NCBI GenBank assembly: GCA_950097015.1
Contig: CATNEN010000029.1
Span: 3,410,001 to 3,474,000 of the forward strand
Source: Macrostomum hystrix
Taxonomy: Eukaryota; Animalia; Platyhelminthes
Length of the DNA stretch: 64,000 bases
Reading direction: 5' to 3'
Positions within the stretch are counted from its first letter, which is position 1; each line of letters starts with the position of its first letter. A model generated the notes under the pieces. The model had not been told where the DNA came from. It ran no database searches and was given only the letters and a program-made list of their open reading frames with translations. This document shows positions 1 through 28,263 of the stretch, in pieces. The position numbers and the translations under genes are program-made.

Positions 1-1432
1 ATGGCTAAACCAGCGTCTGAATCATGGCTAAACCAGAGTCTGAATCATGGCTAAACCAGAGTCTGAATCATGGCTAAACCAGAGTTTGAATCATGGCTAA
101 ACCAGAGTTTGAAACATGGCTAAACCAGAGCTTGAATCATGGCAAAACCAGAGTCTGAATCATGGCTAAACCAGAGTCTGAATCATGGCAAAACGAGAGT
201 TTGAATCATAGCCCACCAGGGTTTAAAACATGGCTAAACCAGAGTTTGAATCTTGGCTAAACCAGAGTTTGAATCATAGCCAACCAGAGTCTGAATCATG
301 GCAAAACGAGAGTTTGAATCATAGCCCACCAGGGTTTAAAACATGGCGAAACCTGAGTTTGAATCATGGCTAAACCAGAGTCTGAATCATGGCTAAACCA
401 GAGTTTAAATCATGGCTAAACCAGAGTCTGAATCATGGCTTAACCAGAGTTTGAATCATGGCTAAACCAGAGTTTGAAACATGGCTAAACCAGAGCTTGA
501 ATCATGGCAAAACCAGAGTCTGAATCATGGCTAAACCAGAGTTTAAATCATGGCTAAACCAGAGTTTGAATCATAGCCAACCAGAGTCTGAATCATGGCA
601 AAACGAGAGTTTGAATCATAGCCCACCAGGGTTTAAAACATGGCTAAACCAGAGTTTGAATCTTGGCTAAACCAGAGTTTGAATCATAGCCAACCAGAGT
701 CTGAATCATGGCAAAACGAGAGTTTGAATCATAGCCCACCAGGGTTTAAAACATGGCGAAACCAGAGTCTGAATCATGGCTTAACCAGAGTTTGAATCAT
801 GGCTAAACCAGAGTCTGAATCATGGCTAAACCAGCGTCTGAATCATGGCTAAACCAGAGTTTGAACCATGGCTAAACCAGAGTCTGAATCATGGCTAAAC
901 CAGAGTTTAAATCATGGCTAAACCAGAGTCTGAATCATGGCTAAACCAGAGTTTCAATCATGGCTAAACCAGCGTCTGAATCATGGCTAAACCAGCGTCT
1001 GAATCATGGCTAAACCAGAGTTTGAATCATGGCTAAACCAGAGTCTGAATCATGGCTAAACCAGCGTCTGAATCATGGCTAAACCAGAGTCTGAATCATG
1101 GCTAAACCAGAGTCTGAATCATGGCTAAACCAGAGTTTGAATCATGGCTAAACCAGAGTTTGAAACATGGCTAAACCAGAGCTTGAATCATGGCAAAACC
1201 AGAGTCTGAATCATGGCTAAACCAGAGTCTGAATCATGGCAAAACGAGAGTTTGAATCATAGCCCACCAGGGTTTAAAACATGGCTAAACCAGAGTTTGA
1301 ATCTTGGCTAAACCAGAGTTTGAATCATAGCCAACCAGAGTCTGAATCATGGCAAAACGAGAGTTTGAATCATAGCCCACCAGGGTTTAAAACATGGCGA
1401 AACCTGAGTTTGAATCTTGGCTAACCCAGTGT
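1..1432. repeat. 23-bp satellite array (ATGGCTAAACCAGAGTCTGAATC)n, truncated by window start
   Basis: ATGG recurs at 1, 24, 47 and so on; variant blocks (GGCAAAACGAG...GCCCACCAGGG) recur in a higher-order pattern. Confidence 0.95.
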
Positions 1433-1439
1433 TTGAAAA

Positions 1440-3139
1440 ATCAACGTCAACTGGGGAGTCATCATCAAAATGGGGATCATGGTGAACTGGGGGATAATCG
1501 TCAACTGGGGGATCATGGTAAACTGGGGGATAATTGTCAACTGGGGGATCATTGTCAACTGGGGGATCATTGTCAACTGGGGGATCATTGTCAACTGGGG
1601 GATCATTGTCAACTGGGGGATCATCGTCAACTGGGGGATCATTGTCAACTGGGGTATCATTTTCAACTGGGGGATCATTGTCAACTAGGGGATCATTGTC
1701 CACTGGGGAATGATTGTCAACTGGGTAATCATGTCAACTGGGGGATCATTGTCAACTGGGGGATCATTGTCAACTGTAGGATCATTGTCAACTAGGGGAT
1801 CATGGCCAACTGGGGATCATTGTGAACTGGGTGATCATTGTCAACTGGGGGATCATCTTCAACTGGGGGATCATTGTCAACTGGGAGATCATTGTAAACT
1901 GGGGGATCATCATCAACTGGGGGATCATTGTCAACTGGGGGATCATTGTCAACTGTAGGATCATTGTCAACTAGGGGATCATGGCCAACTGGGGATCATT
2001 GTGAACTGGGTGATCATTGTCAACTGGGGGATCATCTTCAACTGGGGGATCATTGTCAACTGGGAGATCATTGTAAACTGGGGGATCATCATCAACTGGG
2101 GGATCATTGTCAACTGTGGGATCATTGTCAACTAGGGGATCATGGCCAACTGGGGATCATTGTGAACTGGGTGATCATTGTCAACTGGGGGATCATCTTC
2201 AACTGGGTGATCATTGTCAACTGGGGTATCATTGTAAACTGGGGGATCATTGTCCACTGGGGAATGATTGTCAACTGGGTAATCATTGTCAACTGGGTAA
2301 TCATTGTCAACTGGGGGATCATTGTCAACTGGGGGATCATTGTCAACTGGGGGATCATTGTCAACTGGGGGATCATTGTAAACTGGGGGATCATTTTCAA
2401 CTGGGAGATCATTGTAAACTGGGGAATCATCATCAACTGGGGGATCATTGTAAACTGGGGGATCATTGTCAACTGTGGGATCATTGTCAACTGGGGGATC
2501 ATGGCCAACTGGGGATCATTGTGAACTGGGGGATCATTGTCAACTGGGGGAACATTGTCAACTGGGGGATCATTGTCAACTGGGAGATCATTGTAAACTG
2601 GGGAATCATCATCAACTGGGGGATCATTGTAAACTGGGGGATCATTGTCAACTGTGGGATCATTGTCAACTAGGGGATCATGGCCAACTGGGGATCATTG
2701 TGAACTGGGGGATCATTGTCAACTGGTGGATCATTGTCAACTGGGAGATCATTGTCAACTGGGGGATCATTGTCAACTGGGGGATCATTGTCAACTGGAG
2801 GATCATTGTCAACTGGGTGATCATTATCAACTGGGGGATCATTGTCAACTGGGGGATCATTGTCAACTGTGGGATCATTGTCAACTGGGGGATCATTGTC
2901 AACTGGTGGATCATTGTCAACTGGGAGATCATTGTCAACTGGGGGATCATTGTCAACTGGGGGATCATTGTCAACTGGGGGATCATTGTCAACTGGGTGA
3001 TCATTATCAACTGGGGGATCATTGTCAACTGGGGGATCATTGTCAACTGGGGGATCATTGTCAACTGGGGGATCATTATCAACTGGGGGATCATTGTCAA
3101 CTGGGGGATCATTATCAACTGGGGGATCATTGTCAACTG
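1440..3139. repeat. 18-bp satellite array (CAACTGGGGGATCATTGT)n
   Basis: Period 18, giving QLGDHC / WGIIVN / MIPQLT hexapeptide pseudo-ORFs in the track. Confidence 0.95.
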
Positions 3140-3506
3140 ATCATTGTAGCGCAAAAAAGGCTGACAATACAGCTGCTAAAAAGTATATACTGGACGAGTT
3201 AAAAATATTTCTGCTCCCCGAAGGGGGGCAAAACTTGCTAGTTCAAATAGCTATAATCCTAATCGTAATCAGAAGACGAAGTGAAAGCAAGAACTCATAT
3301 TAAAACTGCATTTGTCAAGAAATAAGCCGGTAACATAAAAAAGTGTACTGATTATGACATTTTGGTTTTATTTGTTTCATCTCCATCGGATTCAAAAGAA
3401 ATTCAGTGCTTATTAACGTTGCATCGCGTCCATATTAGGTCAAGTAGCTGGAGTCGGCGAGCCGCTTGTCGGAGCAGCTTGACGTCCTGACTGCCTTCTC
3501 GTTAAA

Positions 3507-4409
3507 CTAGGCATCTTTTTTTTTCTCGATGACCGGGTCCCACTGATCGCGGCCACCCGGCCTGATAGGCGCCAGCCAGCAATTGATGGTCTCATGGTGC
3601 CGCATTCTCTTCAGCTTGCACTCTTCGCGCGTACACCAGACATGCGGCTGGTCGCAGGAGCATAGTTCGTAATGCTGACCGGCCACCCGAACGCCATTGG
3701 TCAGAGGTTCCCGGCAGGACTCACAAGCAAAGCAGGACCGGTGATAGACCCGGGCGACTGCCGGCACTACGAACTTTTCGTGACCTTTGGCTAACGCCTG
3801 GCACTTTGGACAGACCATCTTTTCCAGTTTGCTTCTGGTTGCATCGTATGGCAAAGGAGTTATCCATGGGTTCCTCTCATCGGGAATATTTTTGCCCTTC
3901 CGATCGTACAGGATTCTTCTAATTGGTCTACGACCGTCGTTTTTGTCATAATACAGTGAGCGGTCCTTGCGGCGCAACTCGAATAGAGGGTCAAAAGGCT
4001 TAGGCGTACGCATAGCCGTTTCAAGCTTAGCCTTAAACTTGTTGCTTTCATTGTCCAATATAACTAGATTTTTCTTCTTGGTCGTAATTTTGTTGCCGGG
4101 CTCGATTGGATAGCCGAAATTCTCCAGGCACCTTGAGCAGAGTACAAGGCCGTCGATGCACACCAGGCGCCGACTGATCGAGCAGTTTTCACGTTTGCAC
4201 GCGCTACAAGCAGAGCAGTTGTAGCATACCAGCATTCCATTGGCGATCATTGTGTACCAATCTCTTCTCTGATCGATGATTTCGCCACACGAACAGCTAA
4301 ACTTAAAAGATTTTATTACATCAACATTTCTTTGGACGAAGCGCAGAGAATTTCGACGGTTGTTATTAAGCATGCCTTCCATGTCTTCTTTTGTCATTTT
4401 ATTGTCCAT
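3507..4409 (-). CDS. Intronless LIM-domain zinc-finger protein (300 aa, two LIM-like domains)
   Basis: C-terminal CPKC-x-H-x2-C-x2-C-x2-C-x-C fits the LIM consensus (CPKCQ...YHRSCFACESCREPL). An N-terminal degenerate LIM (CSCG...CYNCSACSAC...CSRC) has Cys in place of His. 903-bp non-repetitive ORF. Confidence 0.8.
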   Translation of the reverse strand: MDNKMTKEDMEGMLNNNRRNSLRFVQRNVDVIKSFKFSCSCGEIIDQRRDWYTMIANGMLVCYNCSACSACKRENCSISRRLVCIDGLVLCSRCLENFGYPIEPGNKITTKKKNLVILDNESNKFKAKLETAMRTPKPFDPLFELRRKDRSLYYDKNDGRRPIRRILYDRKGKNIPDERNPWITPLPYDATRSKLEKMVCPKCQALAKGHEKFVVPAVARVYHRSCFACESCREPLTNGVRVAGQHYELCSCDQPHVWCTREECKLKRMRHHETINCWLAPIRPGGRDQWDPVIEKKKDA

Positions 4410-5246
4410 TTCCTAATAGCGAGATGCTGCTCAGCAGCCGCGTCAGTCTAGTTGTAAAAGTGCATTCAGCGCAAATCCGAGAACCAGTTTGGGAGTGTGG
4501 CCAGATTCTTCGATCGTGACTAGGAGTTAACGCATGAACCCGCGCACATTAGTCTATGGTCGACTCGCATTTTAGCTTGTACGAATGGTGCGTTACAAAG
4601 GTACTTTCCCTTTCTGAACTTAGCTAAAGCAAATGTAGGATTAATAACGTTATATCGTTAGAAATGGGCTTCGTGCACTCGTGCTTTTGCCAATGACGCA
4701 CTCGTTCGCGTTCAAGAATCCTTACGGTCTTTGCACATGTTTCACAGGGGACGGGAAACTACGTTTCTTATATTTGAATGCTGGTTTTCGCGAAAATAAT
4801 ACACTACAGAGATAGGAAATTTCACATTTTTACAGATTTAAATGTTGACAGCTTTTGATTGGAAGCAGATACAAAGCTGTTCTTTTGATCTTGCCTACAT
4901 GTTGCTCTACCGAATGTTGTTATAATGTTTTGTACATGACAATTTGATATTAATACGATTTTCTTTACTTATAAAGATCCGATTCACTCACAATGTTTTT
5001 GCAGTTATTTTTTAGCTAATAATAAATTCTTTATGAGCCTAAATAAAAAATTTTACCTGTCGTTTTTTTACTAGCGTAATGAATTTTCATTATTTAGCTT
5101 ATTTAATGAACAAATTAATTTATTTAGTTACTGAGTTATTTACTTAATTAAATAAATTATTTACTATGTTAATCAACATGAAATTATAGATAAAAAAAAA
5201 TATTAAAAATAACAAAAATTAAACAAGCATTGCTAGGAATAAAGGG

Positions 5247-5407
5247 TGGTCTAGATAGGCGCTTGTTGTCGAAGTCAGTACGGGCTCTCTTCGGAGATTC
5301 CGCCGTCAGGCAGAAGGCCGAGTGCCAACCGATAGGATCTGTCGGGGCAGCGCTGAAAGCAGAGACAATCGGAGCCTCTCGGAAAGAGTAGGGTGCGGAT
5401 TAGGCCA
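5247..5407 (+). ncRNA. Candidate structured RNA island, family unassigned
   Basis: Terminal stem 5247-5256/5399-5407 encloses a C(UUCG)G hairpin (5286-5297), a UGCC-CCGAUAG/CUGUCGG-GGCA helix and GAAA/GGAA-capped hairpins, set in AT-rich flanks. Folded by eye only. Confidence 0.3.
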
Positions 5408-7732
5408 GTTTATGTAAAATTGTTATATCCAATTTCCCCGGACCAAATTTTGTTTTTACTATAATTGCTATAATTGCTTTCCGTGCGAATATCCTCATTC
5501 TGTCGGTGTAACTTTTGAATCAAGTTGAGAGCAAGTAAACGAGAGTCAAATCAATTCCTATTCTTATCTGGAGTCGGCGAGTCACAAAACAGACTAAATC
5601 ACTCCCAATCAATTTATTCGAGTCTTCGTGTTCATACTGCAGTGTTGTTCTTTTTTTCATTGGGAGTTTCACCGGGCCGGAGGACGACACGCGGGTCTCA
5701 TCGCTTATCTATTCCGCTTCGCTCGCTACCCCAGTCCCTAACGCTATTTATTTTCAGATTTCCCCTGCTGCTATTGAACCGATTGGTAGAACACCGACCC
5801 CAGTGAATAGTGAATAGTGAATAGTCGCTAGCTTTAAATTCCTCACGCTCCAGCTAGGACATTCATTTTATTACATACTAGTCTATAGTGTATTAGATTT
5901 TAGACTTTATGATGGGCTATTTAGAAAAGAAAACCGTAAGAATTGATCGAATTTTAATGTAGAAAACTTTATAACATTCGGTAGAGCAACACGTTAAGCA
6001 AGTTTTATATCGAGAACAGCTTTGTATCCGCTTCGAGACAAAAGCTGTCACCATTTAAATCTAAAAAAAGATATTTTCCCATCTCCTCGCGAAAACCAGC
6101 CTTCAAATATTTTTCTAAGAAACGTAGTTTCCCGTCCTTCCACGCCTAGTGGTCCTTGCGAGAGTCACGATTTTTATGGGTTTCAATCCAGTTTATCTTG
6201 TCCGAAACATTCTTTATGATTGCCTTCTACATGAGTTTCAACACACCAAATTTGCTACTCATGCGCGGTCTTGTTTATTTTGGTGAGTCGCAATTCCGAA
6301 TCCGAAGGCTGTCCGCAATTTACCCAACAAAATACCAGCTCCCCTTTTCTTCTCGTCATTGAGCCAAGATGCCACTCAGTCAGCTCCGTTATAAACTACT
6401 TACCGCATGAATATTAGTATACTGTCGAAGCACACGCAAAATCTTATTAAGGATTTGCATAGCTATATTGAGCTATATTGAATCGATGATATCGAGAGTA
6501 ATTAGTACAGCAAGACATTTTAGGAAGTAGAGATATAAAAAGTAAGAGAGGAATGAAAGAGAGAATTGGAAGGACATCTGGCCAAGAGAGTATTAAAGCA
6601 ATAGTAGGGATCGTGATGGGCATAAAGTGGGCAACTAGCGTCGGAGATGATGCCAAAAATAGCAGCTGGATACGCGAAACACTCGTGTAGAATTGGCAGG
6701 GCGGCAAGCGCGACAGGAAATTAGTTGCTAGCGGAGAAAGAGAAGCATAGGGAAAGTTGCCCACTTTAAATCTGGGAGAGATCGAAAATAGCTTTAGAGG
6801 ATCATGACGAGCGAAATTAAAAAATTCAAGCAGTCTGCCATAAAATAAATAATGAAGGCGGGTGGTTGGTAGCGAGAGAGCAGTTGTCAAACAAGCTCGT
6901 TGAAACCGGTTGAGTGGCATAGTTCACGTCCACTGCATTCCACATTTCATCCGGGGACGCACAGCTGCGGAAAGCAGGCTAACTCGATTTGAATCCAATT
7001 TCGCTTAATCATTTTAGCAATAAATTAGCTGAAATAATAAACGGGAAACGATCGTGGCTTGAAATTTAATCCAGTAGTTGCCTAAATCAGTTTTCTTGCA
7101 ATCCATTATCTAAATTGCGACATGCGACTTATTTAATTAAAACGAATGGTGACACGGCTCCATCGGCCACTCGTCTGCTCGTTTTAAGTCATCAGTTTTT
7201 TCTTCAAATTTCTAATTATTTTGTGCAACTAGTGTGTATCAACAAAATGTCAATCACATTTCGCCCCAGAACACTACCAGAACGGTAGTTCCGTAGATGC
7301 TTGCCTGGAGAGATACATGAGCGTTCTGTAAACACAGTGACTCGATCGTCTGTATGATCCCTTGATTTTTTGGAAGACGCGGCGCGTCTATTTTGAGATG
7401 CAAATGGCGAGAAGTAGCTATGCATGGGAAACAGGGGGACATAGGATGGAGTTAATCCTATGGGAGACAGCCTACTCGTACCTCCGTAGAATAAATTTGC
7501 AAGCGTATTTTATTATTAGCTTCCTTGGCGAGGTTTAAAGAGTCCATGCGATTTTTAACTTCTAAAATGTACGACTTCAATCGTATGCATGCATGTTATT
7601 AAGGCCATAGACAAAACATTTTTTCCACTAAACAGCTAGCAACTTGCTTCTTCCGTCATTTGCCCCTCGCTAAAAACGAAGCTAAAAATTAAGAGCGAAT
7701 CTGACCTGATCTAGCAGCAATCAAAAGTGAGC

Positions 7733-8149
7733 ATGTCAGCCGATAACAACCAGCTGCTGATGAAATGCAACTTGTCAGACTTCATCAGGGACACTCAGAG
7801 CAAGGACTTCAAGGCTTTAGAAAAAGTCTATCACTGCTTTGTGCGAGAGCAGGTGGGCCCCATACTGCTGCTGAGTATAGGGTTGGCAACCGTGTTTATT
7901 AACGCCTTGCTGTACTGCCTGGGCAACTTCATGGACCGGCCGAAAGATCTGGAGGCCTTCTACGCGTCGAGACTGCGCGATCGGCATGTCAAGAGTCGCC
8001 ACGTGGCCACTTTACTACTGCCGTCCGTACCGGGAGCCAAAAATTCTGCCACCACCGCAGCCACCACAGCCGCCGCTGACGTCGCATCCGTGGGACAGTT
8101 TTCTAATGGATCATTGAAGCATGCATCAGTTACAACTCAGAACTCCTAA
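7733..8149 (+). CDS. Small single-pass membrane protein of unknown function (138 aa from ATG 7733)
   Basis: GC-rich non-repetitive ORF followed by AT-rich 3' sequence. One hydrophobic segment (GPILLLSIGLATVFINALLYCLG) is followed by basic residues. No family recognised. Confidence 0.55.
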   Translation: MSADNNQLLMKCNLSDFIRDTQSKDFKALEKVYHCFVREQVGPILLLSIGLATVFINALLYCLGNFMDRPKDLEAFYASRLRDRHVKSRHVATLLLPSVPGAKNSATTAATTAAADVASVGQFSNGSLKHASVTTQNS

Positions 8150-9732
8150 ATTCGGCAACGACTGTCGACTGTTAACAATACTTTGTTCTTATGGTTTTGT
8201 CTTGTGTTGATAAATTGATAAAAATGAGGTTTAATTGGTTTTTGATAATCGCCTGAGCATGCAACGTTTTCGAATAATTATAGCTTTGAAATCTAAATGG
8301 TGTTTATTGTCAGTATAGAAAGACTATAGGGGAATTTCATTTTTTTCATCCTAAGATATTCAACCAATCGCCATGAAAATCAACCAATTGCAAAACACGG
8401 ACTGAAGAAAACTGAGAAAAATACTACCTAACACAGAACTTAATTGGGTTCATTAGTACATCTGTGGGCACTTCAGCCAAGGCCGAACAAGTATAAGTTG
8501 AAAGCTGCATATTAGGAATAGTCTGTCTAGCTAAATAAATCAAATAGCTTAAGGCCTCTTAGCCCGACCAGATCACAGCCAGATCTTAACCCGCAGTCCC
8601 GCCCAATAGCCCATCTCAATCATCATATTCCATCCCTCTGAGCCATTATCAAGAAGTCGGCCTTCCTTCCGCTCGCTTCCTTCCGTTCCTTTCCGGGACA
8701 CTAATTATTCCACTAAATTTGTGTCTCACACGTTTTTTCAATTGCATGACTCCATGTGACAAAACTCCATGTTTTCGCAGCAAATCGGGTTAAAAATGGC
8801 ATCAAACGAGAGATTCAATGTCGACGAAAGTGCATGGACGCAAGACTCTCGTTTCCTGGAAAGATTGTTCTTTCTTTTAAAAGATAGGATTCGCGTAAAA
8901 ATATGTTTTGAGATGGCTAGTGTCAGCTTTTTAAGACAGGTGCTGTCTCAAAGGGTTGCTTTTTTGATTTACAAATAAAAAAACTCATTTTATGAATATA
9001 AGTGGACCATATATAGACATCCAACTATTGGAAATTGCAACAGTTCAAGTACAATGTACGCATGCTGCCGGCAAACAGCCGCCTATATAGGCACGTTGTA
9101 TAGCTTTCAATTTCTACTTATGCGAAATGCGAAAACTTACAATAATTACAATAATGTTATAAAACACATAAAAATAAAAGTAACATTATATAAATAATTA
9201 GATTAATTGTGATGGAAATCAGCCTTTTTTCTCACAAATTTCGACCTTTCTTCTTCAGTAGTGATTGGAAAAAAGCTTTGACCGCGCTTACTGAACGCCG
9301 CGTATTAATTGTACCTCAGCAGTGCTGAGTGAGTGAGTTGTACGTTCTTCCTCAGCTCCGCCCCAACCACTAATCCACTCTCACTTCTTTTATGCCCCAG
9401 AAGCAGAGGCTCTTAGCATGCAGCTCTGTAATCGTCATAAACCCTCTCCCATCCCGGGGCAAATCAGTTTGCAGCAGAAGCGCAACAGTTGCCTCATTTG
9501 CATTGCATTGTCAGTCAGTCCTGCCTTTCAATAGTTAGAATTTTCTATGCTGTTCCGCATTTTTGTTGCTTTTCTGTTTTCCTCCTGTTCCTTGTCTACT
9601 ATTTTTTAGGCTAGTTCTCTCTTTGTCTCCCTGAAAGGCTTCTTCAACCAATGCCCTCCGTCTCTGCAGGATCTCATAAATGAGTACTCGTCCTCGTCCT
9701 TTAACCTCAGCCTCTTCAGCAACTTTATTGAT

Positions 9733-9957
9733 GAGATTCTGTGTCTCAATCAACTTTGGGGGACTTTGAATCTTAGCCCACGAGTGAGAATCTGTGTCTC
9801 AATCAACTTTGGGGGACTTTGAATCTTAGCCCACGAGTGAGATTCTGTGTCTCAATCAACTTTGGGGGACTTTGAATCTTAGCCCACGAGTGAGAATCTG
9901 TGTCTCAATCAACTTTGGGGGACTTTGAATCTTAGCCCACGAGTGAGAATCTGTGTC
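9733..9957. repeat. 53-bp tandem repeat, about 4 copies, abutting a CORE-like SINE segment
   Basis: GAGA(T/A)TCTGTGTCTCAATCAACTTTGGGGGACTTTGAATCTTAGCCCACGAGT repeats at 9733, 9786 and onward. Confidence 0.9.
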
Positions 9958-10025
9958 CTTGAGCTAGGCGCTTTGTTGATTTTCGCTTCAGTTCACGCTG
10001 CAGCTGTGAAATGGGTGCCAGCTAG
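9950..10025 (+). mobile_element. CORE-like SINE central-domain fragment
   Basis: TGTGTCCTTGAGCTAGGCGCTT...GCTTCAGTTCAC...CAGCTGTGAAATGGGTGCCAGC resembles the CORE-type SINE motif and the copy at 52170-52270 (-). Confidence 0.5.
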
Positions 10026-11109
10026 GTTAGAAATTCAGTCCATGGACTGAACAGTAGCTGTCTGTACACAGTCTTTAGATGAGCTTCGCAATAGCTGCAG
10101 CTCTAGCCACAAGCCGTAAATTTGGGCCGCACGTTACCTCTGGGAAATTTGGGACTCATTCGAGAGTTTCTGTGTCGTATATTTGATTTTTGCTCAAAGG
10201 GAGCTCCTTTCAACGGAGGTCGTTGTCTGCTAACAGACAGCTAATTAACAGTAGAACTACCAGGGGGAATCCACCCTGATATATTTTGTGCTGCAGCCGA
10301 ACGGAGCAAGCACACAAAACTCAAGAATACGGGCCAACTTTTTGTTACGCATCTTCTGAAACAAGAATCAAGTCGCCAGCTCTTCAGACCGTCGAGATAT
10401 TCAATGGTTCTGGCCGAAGGTCAGATTTTTTCCATAAGCGCTAGTGTATTCCATACACCCCTAGACACGGATTAGCACTACACAGCCTTGTGAGACCTTC
10501 AAAATTTATCAGCATGTCACCCGAATGTGCCTGCATCATATCCAACTTCGGTGGTCACCTACCTTTATCTAGCTGACAGACTGCTGGACCTTCAAGGGCT
10601 ACGACAGGTGGAACTAGGCCACTATGGACACCCTGACGCAAATTTCTCCAATTTTAGTGATCAAGCCTAAATATTAAGCGCAGCTCAACCACAGTACATC
10701 ATCGCCTAGTCTGTCAACCAATCAGTCACCACCCAATGCATTCAGGCGCTGCTAAAAATGCAGGTTCCCTCCCCTTGGTATAAAACGGGCGGCAAAATGG
10801 CTCGGTAGTCCTACTGTTAACTTGTTACTGTACTCTTCTCTAACAGGGCCGTGCCATTCAACACGTCAGTCTCAGCTCTGCTCATCGCAGAAAGGATCGC
10901 TCCCATTGGCTATGGGCAGTCCAGCGCCTTACTCGATTCGTTCAGCTCCTCCCATCTCATGCTGACGTGTCTTTGATTTTAGGCCTTTCTTACACAGACT
11001 GCGGAACCCTGCCTGACCCAAGAAGTTGGTAATCAAGATAGAAAAGTGTATCAACAGAATCTGGACAATACAATCCTAGAATTACCTTTGTAAAATAATA
11101 CATTAGCGC

Positions 11110-28263
<17,154 letters not shown>

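Noticed and set aside
1347-3202. Many overlapping ORFs (QLGDHC, WGIIVN, MIPQLT repeats)
   Set aside because: These are translations of an 18-bp satellite open in several frames on both strands, with no unique coding context.
5247-5445. RNase P/MRP, SRP or group I intron identity for the structured island
   Set aside because: Short motif resemblances exist (GAAGTC..CGGGCTC, GGCAGA..GAGTGCC, TCCCCGGACC), but they are in the wrong order or lack their pairing partners (no P4 complement).
6447-6920. 157-aa ORF, and other short non-repeat ORFs (5525, 9535, 12814, 49696, 52377)
   Set aside because: No recognisable domain, no supporting splice structure, and composition unlike the genuine exons.
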